DNA of 64,000 nt from an uncultured Gammaproteobacteria bacterium (GCA_963776465.1 CAVZMV010000002.1:1350498-1414497), one strand, 5' to 3'; counted from the stretch's first letter, positions 13,235-25,984 are shown. Notes: generated by a model from the letters alone, not told the origin. Program-made: numbers and translations.

Positions 13235-13773
13235 GCAACGACAAGCACGCCGACAAGCACGAGATCCTGGCGGAAGGGAAATTCCTGCGCCTCAACAAGA
13301 TCGGGCGATGGGAGTTCGTCAGCCGCGTGCATTCCAGCGGCGCCGTCCACATCATGGCCACGACCTCCGACGGCCGCATCATCCTGGTCGAGCAGCCGCG
13401 CGTGCCGGTGAACGCGCGCACGATCGAGCTTCCGGCCGGCATCGTCGGTGACGAGGCTGCGCATCGTGGCGAGAAGGTGGAGACCTGCGCGCTGCGCGAG
13501 CTCATGGAGGAGACCGGCTATTTCTCGCACGAGGCGCGGGTCGTCTATTCCGGCCCGACCGCGCCGGGTCTCACCTCAGAGATGGTGCACCTGGCGCGCA
13601 TCGTCAACGCCGAGAAAAGCGGCGTCGGCGGCGGCGTGGAAGGCGAGGACATCACCGTGCACCTGGTAGAGCCGGGCGAGCTCGAGCAGTTCCTCGCGCG
13701 CAAGCGCGGCGAGGGTCTGCTGATCGATCCGCGGATCTACCTGGGGCTGCACTTCCTGCGTACCGAGGTGTAG
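13231..13773 (+). CDS. Nudix hydrolase (ADP-ribose pyrophosphatase-like)
   Basis: It carries the Nudix box GIVGDEAAHRGEKVETCALRELMEETGY. Confidence 0.85.
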   Translation: MSNDKHADKHEILAEGKFLRLNKIGRWEFVSRVHSSGAVHIMATTSDGRIILVEQPRVPVNARTIELPAGIVGDEAAHRGEKVETCALRELMEETGYFSHEARVVYSGPTAPGLTSEMVHLARIVNAEKSGVGGGVEGEDITVHLVEPGELEQFLARKRGEGLLIDPRIYLGLHFLRTEV

Positions 13774-13820
13774 GAGCGGCCGTTGGCCGCGACACGGTCG
13801 GGGCTAACAGCCCCTCCTAC
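13770..13820. repeat. REP family A inverted doublet
   Basis: GTAGGAGCGGCCGTTGGCCGCGAC ac GGTCGGGGCTAACAGCCCCTCCTAC. It contains the stop codons of both flanking convergent genes. Confidence 0.9.
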
Positions 13821-14850
13821 ACAACGTCCGCATGAACACCGGCTTGGGCCGTGCGTCCTCGTCGCGCGGCAGCTCCGCGTCCTCGTCGAGCGCGAATGCA
13901 GCGCCGGTGAGGCGCGTGCGATCGAGCTCGAACCAGAAGAACCCGTAGCGCCCACCCTGCTGCCAGAACGCCGCCTGATCCTTGCTGAACAGCGCCGTCA
14001 CCTGCGCGCCGCCGGCGCCCGACGTCACGAACTCGGTCCTGCCGCACGCCGCCACGGGCTTGAGCCACTGCAGATCATGGTCATGGGCCTGCAGCATCAG
14101 GTCGACGCCCGCCGCGCAGATGCTCTTGTCGACGAGATCGCGCCACAACTTCCCGCCCGCATGTCGGCTCGTGGGAGATCGGACCAGGTAGCGCCCGGCG
14201 CTGCCGTGGCCACCCCCGGACACGTACGGATGATGCGCGATGGCGATCTTCCACACAGCTGTGGACGCCTTTAGCGCCTTTTGCAGCCACGACAGCTGCT
14301 TCTCGGCGTAGGCCTCGGCCTTCCACGTCGGATCGGGATCGTCCGCGGAGGGCGCGACCGGCGTGGAGTCCAGCGCGAAGAACTCCACCAGCGACCGGCT
14401 GGCGTTGGTCGGAGCGTTGAACTGGTAATAGCGCGCCGGCATGTGCCACTTGTCGCTGCTGCGATCCTGGCGGCGCGAGTACTCGACCTGGTAGTCGCCG
14501 TAGCGGTTGTGCGCACCGTCCTCGCCGTTATCGTGGTCGCCGAGAACGGCGAAGAACGGGATGTCGAGCTCTTCGTAGGGCTCCTCGAACTTGGTCTCGA
14601 ACTGCCGGTCGTGCGCCGAGTGCACGCCGTCGGGATAGAAGTTGTCGCCGAGCATCACCGCGAAATCGCAGCCGCGCGTGGCGCAGACCTCTGACATCGC
14701 CTGCGCGACCGCCATCTGTCCGACCCGGCCCGACCCGGCGTCGCCCAGGGCGACGAAGCGCACGGTTTCTTTAGGCGCCGGCGCGGGCGCGGCCGCGTCG
14801 GCGTGCGCGGCAAGACACAGCAGCGCAAGCGGGAGGAGCCGGAAAGTCAT
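13804..14850 (-). CDS. secreted calcineurin-like metallophosphoesterase (ACP5/purple-acid-phosphatase-like), paralogue 1
   Basis: It has a signal peptide plus GDAGSG, GDNFYPDG, LGDHDN, AHHP and AHDHD motifs. Confidence 0.8.
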   Translation of the reverse strand: MTFRLLPLALLCLAAHADAAAPAPAPKETVRFVALGDAGSGRVGQMAVAQAMSEVCATRGCDFAVMLGDNFYPDGVHSAHDRQFETKFEEPYEELDIPFFAVLGDHDNGEDGAHNRYGDYQVEYSRRQDRSSDKWHMPARYYQFNAPTNASRSLVEFFALDSTPVAPSADDPDPTWKAEAYAEKQLSWLQKALKASTAVWKIAIAHHPYVSGGGHGSAGRYLVRSPTSRHAGGKLWRDLVDKSICAAGVDLMLQAHDHDLQWLKPVAACGRTEFVTSGAGGAQVTALFSKDQAAFWQQGGRYGFFWFELDRTRLTGAAFALDEDAELPRDEDARPKPVFMRTLCRRGC

Positions 14851-14862
14851 ACCCCACTATTG

Positions 14863-15837
14863 TTAGCGCTTTCGCTCCAGCGTGCGCTGAAAGGCGACCT
14901 TCGGCTTGCCGCCGGCGTCGAGCGGCAGCTCCGCGGCCTCGTCCAGCCCGAAGGCCACGCCCGTGAGCCGCTCGCGGCTGACCTCGAACCAGAAGAATCC
15001 GTAGCGATCGCCTTTCTGCCAGTGCGCGGGCGGACCGCCCGCCGGCGGCGCAGTCAGGTGCGCTCCACCGGCACCGGAGGTGACGAACTCGGTGCGGCCG
15101 CAACTACGGAACTGCTTGGACCATTCCAGGTGGTGGTCGTGACCTTGCAGCATCAGATCGACGCCGGCGGCGCAGACGCTGCGCTCGACGAATTCCTTCC
15201 AGCGCGGGCTGTCCGGCGCGTACGGCTGATGCGCCAGCGCGATCTTCCACGCGGCCTTCGAATCGTGCAGCGCCTCCTGCAGCCAGCGCAGTTGCGCCAC
15301 GCCGTAGACCTCGGGACTCCATTTCGGATCGGGATCGCCGGCGTAGCGCGTGAGTGGCGTCGAATCGATGGCGAAGAAGTCGATGTACGCCGCGGCGCCC
15401 TGCAACGGGGCGGAGAACTGGTAATACCGCGCCGGCATCCGGAACCGGTCGCTGACGCGATCGTCGCGCTGTGCGTACTCGACCTGGTAGTCGCCGTAAC
15501 GGTTGTGCGCGCCGTCCTCGCCGTTGTCGTGGTTGCCCAGCACGACGAAGAACGGGATCTTGAGCGCCTCGTAGGGCTCCTCGAACTTGGTTTCGAACTG
15601 CAGGTCGCGCGCGGAGTGCACGCCGTCCGGATAGAAGTTGTCGCCGAGCACCACGGCGAAATCGCAGCCGCGCGCGGCACAGACGTCGGCCATCGCCGTG
15701 GCCACGGCGTACTGCGCACCGCCGCCAGATCCGGCGTCGCCGAAGGCCAGGAAGCGCACCGTTTCCGGCGGAGACGCGACGCTTGCGCCCGCGCAAAGCG
15801 CGAGCAAGACGCCAGCCTTTCGACACGCTTTCTTCAT
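14863..15837 (-). CDS. secreted metallophosphoesterase, paralogue 2
   Basis: The start was moved to ATG 15837 (MKKACRK). GDAGSG, GDNFYPDG, LGNHDN, AHQP and GHDHH are present. It is colinear with paralogue 1. Confidence 0.8.
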   Translation of the reverse strand: MKKACRKAGVLLALCAGASVASPPETVRFLAFGDAGSGGGAQYAVATAMADVCAARGCDFAVVLGDNFYPDGVHSARDLQFETKFEEPYEALKIPFFVVLGNHDNGEDGAHNRYGDYQVEYAQRDDRVSDRFRMPARYYQFSAPLQGAAAYIDFFAIDSTPLTRYAGDPDPKWSPEVYGVAQLRWLQEALHDSKAAWKIALAHQPYAPDSPRWKEFVERSVCAAGVDLMLQGHDHHLEWSKQFRSCGRTEFVTSGAGGAHLTAPPAGGPPAHWQKGDRYGFFWFEVSRERLTGVAFGLDEAAELPLDAGGKPKVAFQRTLERKR

Positions 15838-15939
15838 CTGCCCTCCGTGGCGGTCGCGCATCCTAATCGCTGACGGCCTCGTTTGACACCCCTTCACCCA
15901 CTGCCGCAGAGTCGGGCCGCTTTCAAGGAGTGACTTCGC

Positions 15940-16992
15940 ATGTTCGGCTCAAGACCCCGGCGCGTGACCTTGCCGCGGCCCGAAGGGGCATCGCGGCGCT
16001 GGCAGCGATCGGGGCAGGCGCTGTCGAGCCGCGCAGTGCGCGTCGCCGAAGTGATCCGCGAAACGCCGCAGGCGATCACCATCGTGCTCGAGCCGGAGGA
16101 CAGCCGGCCGTTCACGTTCAGGGCCGGACAATACCTGACGCATTGCTTCGAGATCGACGGCACGCCGGTGAAGCGCGCGTACTCGCTCTCGTCCGCCGAA
16201 GGCTCGCGCATCGCCTGCACGGTCAAGGCGATCCCCAGCGGCCGCGCCTCGGACTTCCTGCTGCGCAGGCTCAAGGCCGGCGATCGCTACACCGTGCTGG
16301 GGCCCAGTGGCGAGTTCGTGCTGACGGAAGGCGAGGGACCGCTCGCCTTCCTTGCCGCCGGCAGCGGCATCACGCCGGTGATCAGCCTGATCGAGACCGC
16401 GCTCGCGAAGAATCCCGCGCGCCGCATCAAGCTCGTCTACGCCAATCGCAACGAGGCCGACGTCATCTTCGCGGTGCGGCTCGGCGAGCTGCGCGCGAAG
16501 CATCCGAATCTGGAAGTGGTGCACGTGCTCTCGAGCGCAGGCGGCCGCCTTGGCCCAGGCCGCGCCGCCGAGCTGCTGGAATTCAAGGACGCGACCTATT
16601 ACCTCTGCGGACCCACGGGGCTGATGGATCATGCGGAGCAGGGTTTGCGCGCGCGCGGTGTCGCGGCGCCACAGATCCATCGCGAGCGCTTCCTCGCTGC
16701 TGCGCAGCTGGTGCACGCCAAGCCGACGCAGCCGCAGGAGATCGCGTTCCGCCGCTCGCACAAGCTCGTCACCCAGCAAGTCGGTGAAACCATTCTGGAA
16801 GCAGGTCTGCGCGAAGGCCTGCCGCTGCCGTTCTCGTGCACGGTCGGCGGCTGCGGCAGCTGCAAGATGCGCGTGCTCGAAGGACAGGTCGCGCTGTCCG
16901 AGCCCAACTGCCTCTCCGAGGAGGAGAAGGTAAGCGGGCATACCCTCGCATGTTCGGCGTATGCTCTGGGCAGGTTGGTTGTCGACGCGTAG
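15940..16992 (+). CDS. FAD/NAD(P)-binding ferredoxin reductase with C-terminal 2Fe-2S ferredoxin domain
   Basis: It has RAYSLSS (FAD), GSGITPV (NAD) and C-terminal CTVGGCGSCKMRV...LACS. The start is uncertain; an alternative GTG lies near 16036. Confidence 0.8.
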   Translation: MFGSRPRRVTLPRPEGASRRWQRSGQALSSRAVRVAEVIRETPQAITIVLEPEDSRPFTFRAGQYLTHCFEIDGTPVKRAYSLSSAEGSRIACTVKAIPSGRASDFLLRRLKAGDRYTVLGPSGEFVLTEGEGPLAFLAAGSGITPVISLIETALAKNPARRIKLVYANRNEADVIFAVRLGELRAKHPNLEVVHVLSSAGGRLGPGRAAELLEFKDATYYLCGPTGLMDHAEQGLRARGVAAPQIHRERFLAAAQLVHAKPTQPQEIAFRRSHKLVTQQVGETILEAGLREGLPLPFSCTVGGCGSCKMRVLEGQVALSEPNCLSEEEKVSGHTLACSAYALGRLVVDA

Positions 16993-18233
<1,241 letters not shown>

Positions 18234-18237
<4 letters not shown>

Positions 18238-18283
18238 GAGCGGCCGTTTGCCGCGACCAGTCGGGGCTAACAGCCCCTCCTAC
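18234..18283. repeat. REP family A inverted doublet
   Basis: GTAGGAGCGGCCGTTTGCCGCGAC ca GTCGGGGCTAACAGCCCCTCCTAC. The TAG of the upstream gene lies inside GTAGGAG. Confidence 0.9.
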
Positions 18284-18286
18284 AAG

Positions 18287-19441
18287 TTAGGGATGCTCGA
18301 TCACCTTCTCGAACGCCGGTAACGGCTGTTCTTTCTCGTCGCGGATCATGTTGCCGTTGTCGGCGACCGTGAACGCCGCGATCTTCATCTGATCCTCGGT
18401 CAGCTCGATCCAGAAGAATCCGCCGACGGAGTCCTGCTGCCAGCGCGTGGCGTTGCGATCCAGCTTGCCGAACGTGCGGCGCTTGACGCCGCCTTCGCCC
18501 GCGCCGGAAAGGAGGAACTCCGTGTCGCTGCAGCCCGGCACGGGCTTGAGCCATTCCAGGTCGTGATCGTGACCCGACAGGTATAGCTGCACGCCCTGCG
18601 CGCAGACGGTGTCGTCGAGCAGCTTTTTCCAGAGCTTGCCGGTCGCGTACTTCGAATCCTTGCTCTTGTCGCGCTTCTTCAGATCGTCGTCGTAGCTGCC
18701 GGCGTTGCCGTGCACGCCGTTGGAAAGATACGGATGGTGCGCGAACGCGATCTTCCAGCGCGCGCCTGAATCCTTCAGCGCCCTGGTGAGCCAGGTCTGC
18801 TGCGTCACCGCGTAGGCCTCGGGGTTCCACTTCTCCTGGTCCGGATCGTCGCGATAGTGCGCGAGCGGGCTCGAGTCCAGCGCGAAGAACTCCGCCAGCG
18901 GCTTCTCGCCAAAGCCTGGCGGCGGGGCCGTGAAGCGATAGAACCGCGCCGGCATGCGCCACATCGATTTCAGGTCCTGGCGCTTTGCGTACTCAACCTG
19001 GAAATCGCCGCGCGCGTTGTTGGCGCCGTCGCCGGGGAAGTGATTGCCTTCCTGGTCGGCAGGGCCGGGCGTGCTGTTGTCGTGATTGCCGAGGACGACG
19101 TAGATCGGCACGCGCAGATTGGTCAGCGGCGCGTACGGGATCTCGAAGGCCGTGTCGAACAAAGGATCGGAGGGCCCGTCGACGCCCTGGTCGTAGATGT
19201 TGTCGCCGAGCTCCAGCGCGAAGTCGCAGTGCCGCGAGGCGCAGACGTCGGCCATCGCCTGGCCGATCGCGACCTGCTGGGCCGAGCCGCTGCCGGCATC
19301 GCCGAAGGCCAGGAAGCGGACGACGCGCGGCCGATGCTCGTCTGGCGTGACGACGTCGACCTTGGGCGCCGAGCTGCAGGCGCTCAGCAAGACCGCCAGG
19401 AGGAAAGCCCCGGACCCTGTGGTAATGCAAATCGTTCTCAT
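18287..19441 (-). CDS. metallophosphoesterase lipoprotein, paralogue 3
   Basis: It has the lipobox LLSACSS plus GDAGSG, GDNIYDQG, LGNHDN, AHHP and GHDHD. Confidence 0.8.
   Translation of the reverse strand: MRTICITTGSGAFLLAVLLSACSSAPKVDVVTPDEHRPRVVRFLAFGDAGSGSAQQVAIGQAMADVCASRHCDFALELGDNIYDQGVDGPSDPLFDTAFEIPYAPLTNLRVPIYVVLGNHDNSTPGPADQEGNHFPGDGANNARGDFQVEYAKRQDLKSMWRMPARFYRFTAPPPGFGEKPLAEFFALDSSPLAHYRDDPDQEKWNPEAYAVTQQTWLTRALKDSGARWKIAFAHHPYLSNGVHGNAGSYDDDLKKRDKSKDSKYATGKLWKKLLDDTVCAQGVQLYLSGHDHDLEWLKPVPGCSDTEFLLSGAGEGGVKRRTFGKLDRNATRWQQDSVGGFFWIELTEDQMKIAAFTVADNGNMIRDEKEQPLPAFEKVIEHP
19420..19438. promoter_or_regulatory. candidate Fur box
   Basis: GGTAATGCAAATCGTTCTC matches 14 of 19 positions of GATAATGATAATCATTATC. 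It lies about 85 nt upstream of the TonB-receptor start. Confidence 0.25.
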
Positions 19442-19522
19442 TTAGACTCGTATCGTCCTGGTTTACCGAATTGGCCTGCGTCAGCGCCGGCCACGCCAAG
19501 CATCGTTCGAAAAGGAAGGCTT

Positions 19523-21739
19523 GTGAAGAAGACCCGACGATTCCACCGCACGCCGATCGCCGCCGCGATCCTGTCTGCGTTCGCCGCCCCGGCCATGCCC
19601 GCGCTCGCGCAGGAGGAGCCCAGCGAGATCGCGGCCACCGAGTTGCCCGAGTTCGAGGTCACCGGCCACACGCCGGAGCCCGGCTATACGCCCGACCAGT
19701 CGCACGTCGGCGGCAAGGTGCCCGCGCCGGTGCGCGACATCCCGCAGACGGTGAACATCGTCAACCGCGCCGTGCTCGACGCGCAGAACGCGACGACGCT
19801 GACCGATGCTCTGCGCAACGTGCCCGGCATCACCATGACCTCCGGCGAAGGCGGGCAGATCGGCGACAACGTCAACCTGCGCGGCTTCACTGCGCGCACC
19901 GACGTCTACCTCGACGGCATGCGCGATCGCGGGCAGTACAAGCGCGACACGTTCTGGCTGGAATCGGTGGAGGTTCTCAAAGGTCCCTCGTCGCTGTTCT
20001 TCGGCCGCGGCTCCACCGGCGGCGTCGTCAACCAGGTGAGCAAGCAGCCGGGCTTCGAATCGAAGAACAGCCTGTCGCTCTCGCTTGGCACGGACGAGTA
20101 CTACCGCACAACGATGGATTTCAATCAGCCGCTGTCGAGCGACGCGGCGGTGCGCGTGGCCGCGATGGGGCAGAAGATCGGCTCGACGCGCGACGTCGTG
20201 GAGAACAAGGACTGGGGCGTCGCGCCGGCGCTGCGGCTCAAGCTCGGCAAGGACACCGACCTGTCGGTCTCGGGCCTGGTGCAGCGCAATCGCGACGTCC
20301 CCGATTACGGCATCCCGGTGCTGGGCCCCGCACCCGCGCCGGTCGGCCACGATCGCTTCTACGGCGACAGCGACGACTACTTCGACCAGGACGCCAACAT
20401 CGGACGCGTCAGGATCGAGCATCGCCTGAGCCCGGCGCTGACGCTGCGCAACCAGTTCCAGGGCTACGTCACCGAGACCAACGCGCGCCCGACGCCGTAC
20501 CGCGTCTGCACGCCGGCGTTCGACAACGCCGGCAGCGCACCGACGGCGCCGTGCCCGGTAGCCCAGCAGGGCGCGTCGCTGGACCAGATCACCGTGCAGT
20601 CCGACCGCCGCGATCGCGAGCTCGACGACCGCTCGCTGTTCGACCAGCTCGACCTCGTCGCGCGATTCGATACCGGCCCGATCAGTCACACGATGGTCGG
20701 CGGCGTCGAAGCCGGCCGCGACGACACCCAGAACCAGGCCTACACCTGGTCGACGCGCTGGACGCAGAACCTCGGCGGCTTCGTGCCGCAACCGACCCCG
20801 GACGGCATCACGCGCGCGCAGGCGCCGACGCACACCGAAGGCACGGCGACGACGCTCGCGCTCTACGTCAACGACACCATCTCGCTCACGCCGGACTGGA
20901 AGCTCGTCGCCGGCGTGCGCCGCGATCGCTTCGATGCGCAGGCCGACACCATCACCAACGCCGACGGCACGGCCACGCAGCTCAAGCGCACGGACTACGG
21001 CACCGGCCTGCGCGGCGGCGTGATCTGGCAGCCGGACTCCGAGCAGAGCTACTACGCCTCGTACGGCAGCTCGTTCAATCCGTCGGCGGAGGCGATCACC
21101 ATCAGCGCGACGCAGGCGCTGGTGTCGCCGGAGAAGACACGCTCCTACGAGGTCGGCGGCAAGTGGGATCTGCTCGGTGGCGATCTGTCGCTGAGCTCGG
21201 CGCTGTTCCGCGTCGACAAGACCGACGCGCGCACTACCAGCGAGACCGGCGTCGTCTCGCTCGACGGCGATACGCGCGTGCAGGGCTTCGAGATCGGCGC
21301 CGTCGGACGCGTCACCCGCGCCTGGTCGCTCATCGGCGGCTACACGTTCCTGGACTCCGAGCTCGTGTCGACCAACGACGGCACCGGCACCGGCGAGAAC
21401 CGCGTCAGCTTCCGCGGCAACGAGCTCCCCAACACGCCTAGGCATGCGGGCTCGCTGTGGAGCACGTATCGCTTCCTGCAGCACTTCGAGGCGGGCGGCG
21501 GGGCGTACTACGTCGGCGAGCGCTACATGACCACTGCCAACGTGTCGTCGGTGGATTCCTACTGGCGCGCCGATGCGCTGCTCGCCTGGCATCAGCCGGT
21601 CTTCGACGTGCAGCTCAACGTGCAGAACGTTCTCGACGAGGATTACTACGACGCAGTCGTGCAGTCCGAAGGCGGACGGTCCGTGCCCGGCCGCGGCCGC
21701 ACCGTCGTCGGCACGTTCACCTACCGCTTCAAGATCTAG
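19523..21739 (+). CDS. TonB-dependent siderophore (catecholate, Fiu/PiuA-type) receptor
   Basis: The GTG start gives VKKTRRFH plus a signal peptide. The plug motifs (IPQTVNIVN, VPGITMTSGEGG, NLRGF) and a terminal YRF are present. piuC follows. Confidence 0.85.
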   Translation: MKKTRRFHRTPIAAAILSAFAAPAMPALAQEEPSEIAATELPEFEVTGHTPEPGYTPDQSHVGGKVPAPVRDIPQTVNIVNRAVLDAQNATTLTDALRNVPGITMTSGEGGQIGDNVNLRGFTARTDVYLDGMRDRGQYKRDTFWLESVEVLKGPSSLFFGRGSTGGVVNQVSKQPGFESKNSLSLSLGTDEYYRTTMDFNQPLSSDAAVRVAAMGQKIGSTRDVVENKDWGVAPALRLKLGKDTDLSVSGLVQRNRDVPDYGIPVLGPAPAPVGHDRFYGDSDDYFDQDANIGRVRIEHRLSPALTLRNQFQGYVTETNARPTPYRVCTPAFDNAGSAPTAPCPVAQQGASLDQITVQSDRRDRELDDRSLFDQLDLVARFDTGPISHTMVGGVEAGRDDTQNQAYTWSTRWTQNLGGFVPQPTPDGITRAQAPTHTEGTATTLALYVNDTISLTPDWKLVAGVRRDRFDAQADTITNADGTATQLKRTDYGTGLRGGVIWQPDSEQSYYASYGSSFNPSAEAITISATQALVSPEKTRSYEVGGKWDLLGGDLSLSSALFRVDKTDARTTSETGVVSLDGDTRVQGFEIGAVGRVTRAWSLIGGYTFLDSELVSTNDGTGTGENRVSFRGNELPNTPRHAGSLWSTYRFLQHFEAGGGAYYVGERYMTTANVSSVDSYWRADALLAWHQPVFDVQLNVQNVLDEDYYDAVVQSEGGRSVPGRGRTVVGTFTYRFKI

Positions 21740-21743
21740 CCAG

Positions 21744-22427
21744 ATGCTGGTGCAGATCCCGCAAGCGCTGTCCGCCGAGCAGGTGAAGACGCTGCGCGCG
21801 CGGCTCGACGCCGCTGGTGCGGCTTGGGTTGACGGTCGCGCCACCGCCGGACGCCAGGGCGCGCCCGTCAAGAACAACCAGCAGATCGCCGAAGACTCGG
21901 CGATCGCGCGCGAGCTCGGCGACGTGATCCTCGGCGCGCTGGAGCGCAACCCCACGTTCATCAGCGCGACGCTGCCGTCGCGCGTGTATCCGCCGATGTT
22001 CAACCGCTACGAGGGCGGCATGCACTTCGGCGATCACATCGACAACGCGGTGCGCCTTTTGCCCGGCAGCGCCGAGAAGATCCGCACCGACGTGTCGATC
22101 ACGCTGTTCCTCTCCGCGCCGCAGGACTACGACGGCGGCGAGCTCATCATCGAGGACACGTACGGCCAGCATGCGGTGAAGCTGCCGGCCGGCGACGCGA
22201 TCGTCTATCCGTCGTCGAGCCTGCATCGCGTGGCGCCGGTCACGCGCGGCGTGCGCGTCGCCAGTTTCTTCTGGGTGCAGAGCCTGGTGCGCGACGACGC
22301 GCAGCGCGCGCTGTTGTTCGACCTCGACAACGTGATCCGGGCAGTGGGCGGCAGCGCGGGCGAGGGCACGCACGCGCGCTTGGCCGGCGTGTACCACAAC
22401 CTCCTGCGCATGTGGAGTCAGCCGTGA
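21744..22427 (+). CDS. piuC: Fe(II)/2-oxoglutarate-dependent PKHD-type hydroxylase
   Basis: MLVQIPQALS, HFGDHIDNA and YPSSSLHRV are colinear with the YbiX/PiuC family. Confidence 0.85.
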   Translation: MLVQIPQALSAEQVKTLRARLDAAGAAWVDGRATAGRQGAPVKNNQQIAEDSAIARELGDVILGALERNPTFISATLPSRVYPPMFNRYEGGMHFGDHIDNAVRLLPGSAEKIRTDVSITLFLSAPQDYDGGELIIEDTYGQHAVKLPAGDAIVYPSSSLHRVAPVTRGVRVASFFWVQSLVRDDAQRALLFDLDNVIRAVGGSAGEGTHARLAGVYHNLLRMWSQP

Positions 22428-23542
22428 GCGCAGCGGCGCGGTTTTTCCGCCGCGCCTTCTTCCAGCTGCACTGGCTGCTCGGCATCAGCGCCGGCCTGAT
22501 CCTCGCGTTCATGGGCGTCACCGGCGCGACGCAGTCGTTCAAGGACGAGATCCTGCGCGCGCTCAATCCGCAGGTGATGCGGGTGCAAGCCCAGGGACCG
22601 ACGCTGTCAGCGCCGCAGTTGCTGACATCCGCGCGCGATGCGTGGCCGGAGCGTCGGGTATCCAATCTCACCATCTCGTCGGATCCTGCGACCTCCGCAC
22701 GCGTGACCTATGCGCCGCCCGCGGGGGCTGCGGGCAAGGGCGACCCGCGCTATCTCGATCCTTCTACCGGCGCGATGCTCGGCGAAGCGCGGGGCGAGGC
22801 CACGCTCGTGCTGCTCGAAGACCTGCACCGCAAGCTCGGCGCCGGTGACGCCGGCAAGCTCGTCACCGGCATCTGCGCGATCGTGCTCGTGTTCATGGCG
22901 CTGACGGGCCTGTATCTGCGCTGGCCGCGCGGGCACGCCCGCGACTGGCGGCGCTGGCTGCTGTTCAACCCGCGATTGCATGGCCGCGGATTCCTGTTCG
23001 GGCTGCACAAGGTGACGGGCAGCTGGCTCCTCGCGCTGTACCTGTTATCGGCGTTGAGCGGGCTTTACTTCGCGTTCGACTGGTATAAGGACGGCGTGCA
23101 CGCGTTGGCTGGCGTGCCGGTGCAGAAGCGCAAGCCGCCGCGACCGCCCGGCGCAAAAGAGCCAGGCGCGCCGGCACCGGACATCTCCGCCGCCTGGACG
23201 ACGTTCGCGACTGAAGTCCCCTCATTCTCGACCGCGACCCTGCGGTTGCCCGAGCAGCCTGGCCAGCCGGTGCAGATCAATTACCTCCTCGCAAGCTCAC
23301 CGCACGATCGTGCGTTCAACCGCATCGAGCTCGATCCTGCAAGCGGTGCGATCCGCAGCCACGAGCGCTACGCCGACAAGCCGCGCGGGGGGCGTTTCGT
23401 CGCCAGCATGTTCCCGCTGCACAGCGGCGGCTATTTCGGCTTGCCAGGCCGCCTCGTGACGTGCGTTGCCGCGCTCCTCATGCCGCTCTTCGCGGTCACC
23501 GGCTGGATGATGTATCTCGCACGGCGACGCATACGGCGCTAA
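22412..23542 (+). CDS. PepSY-domain iron-regulated membrane protein (PiuB-like)
   Basis: FFQLHWLLGISAGL and FPLHSGGYFGLPG are PepSY-TM hallmarks. An alternative GTG start at 22424 would give a GTGA overlap with piuC. Confidence 0.8.
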   Translation: MESAVSAAARFFRRAFFQLHWLLGISAGLILAFMGVTGATQSFKDEILRALNPQVMRVQAQGPTLSAPQLLTSARDAWPERRVSNLTISSDPATSARVTYAPPAGAAGKGDPRYLDPSTGAMLGEARGEATLVLLEDLHRKLGAGDAGKLVTGICAIVLVFMALTGLYLRWPRGHARDWRRWLLFNPRLHGRGFLFGLHKVTGSWLLALYLLSALSGLYFAFDWYKDGVHALAGVPVQKRKPPRPPGAKEPGAPAPDISAAWTTFATEVPSFSTATLRLPEQPGQPVQINYLLASSPHDRAFNRIELDPASGAIRSHERYADKPRGGRFVASMFPLHSGGYFGLPGRLVTCVAALLMPLFAVTGWMMYLARRRIRR

Positions 23543-25346
<1,804 letters not shown>

Positions 25347-25356
25347 AAGGGCCCAC

Positions 25357-25971
25357 ATGACCCACACCACCCGTTTCCTCATCCTGGCGGTAACCGCCCT
25401 CCTCACCTCCTGCGCCGCCCTCACGCCCGATTGCCCGTGCTCCAGCGGCAAGAAGGCGGACGACAACCGTAGCAAGACGCATCTGCCCGACCAGCGCCTG
25501 ATCCTCGCCGAGGGCTACAGCATCATGCACAAGGACGCCAAGACCATCGGCTCCGTGCGCGCGCTGCTCTACGTGAAGAAGGAGTCCGACGCGTTCGACA
25601 AGATCGTGACCGAGGTCTCCGAGTACGGCAGCCATCTCAAGGACGAGCTGGAGCGGCTATCCAAGGAGTATCCCGCCGTGCAGATCGACCTGGACCCGTT
25701 GCCGGAGATGGAGAAGCGCAAACGCTTCGCGACCGGGCTCGACCGGCTCTTCGAGCTCGCGCCGATCACCGGCAAGAAGGGCGCCGAGTTCGAGCGCATC
25801 CTGCTGATCTCGCTGACCAACGGCCTGAACCAGGAGCGGCACCTGGCCGAGGAGATGGCCAAGGAAGAGCCCAACGCGCAGCTGAAGAAATTCCTCGTCG
25901 ACCAGCAGGAGACGATGGACAAGTTCTGGAAGCGGGGCGAGGCGTTGCTGGAGAAGCGGTACTTCAAGTGA
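25357..25971 (+). CDS. hypothetical lipoprotein
   Basis: It has the lipobox LLTSC and a charged, helical-looking body. I recognised no family. Confidence 0.6.
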   Translation: MTHTTRFLILAVTALLTSCAALTPDCPCSSGKKADDNRSKTHLPDQRLILAEGYSIMHKDAKTIGSVRALLYVKKESDAFDKIVTEVSEYGSHLKDELERLSKEYPAVQIDLDPLPEMEKRKRFATGLDRLFELAPITGKKGAEFERILLISLTNGLNQERHLAEEMAKEEPNAQLKKFLVDQQETMDKFWKRGEALLEKRYFK

Positions 25972-25984
25972 CTTGCGGTAGCGG

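Noticed and set aside
18857-19522. A 5' extension of the TonB-receptor ORF, giving a 960-aa version.
   Set aside because: The extension is antisense to metallophosphoesterase 3 and has no signal peptide. A GTG at 19523 gives a normal signal peptide and plug domain.
19481-22003. An 840-aa minus-strand ORF. Similar long antisense ORFs occur at 15949-17598, 23297-25183, 26803-28689, 27927-29606 and 43440-44705.
   Set aside because: All are antisense to genes with strong family signatures and have Arg/Ala/Gly-rich, motif-free translations. They are high-GC artefacts.
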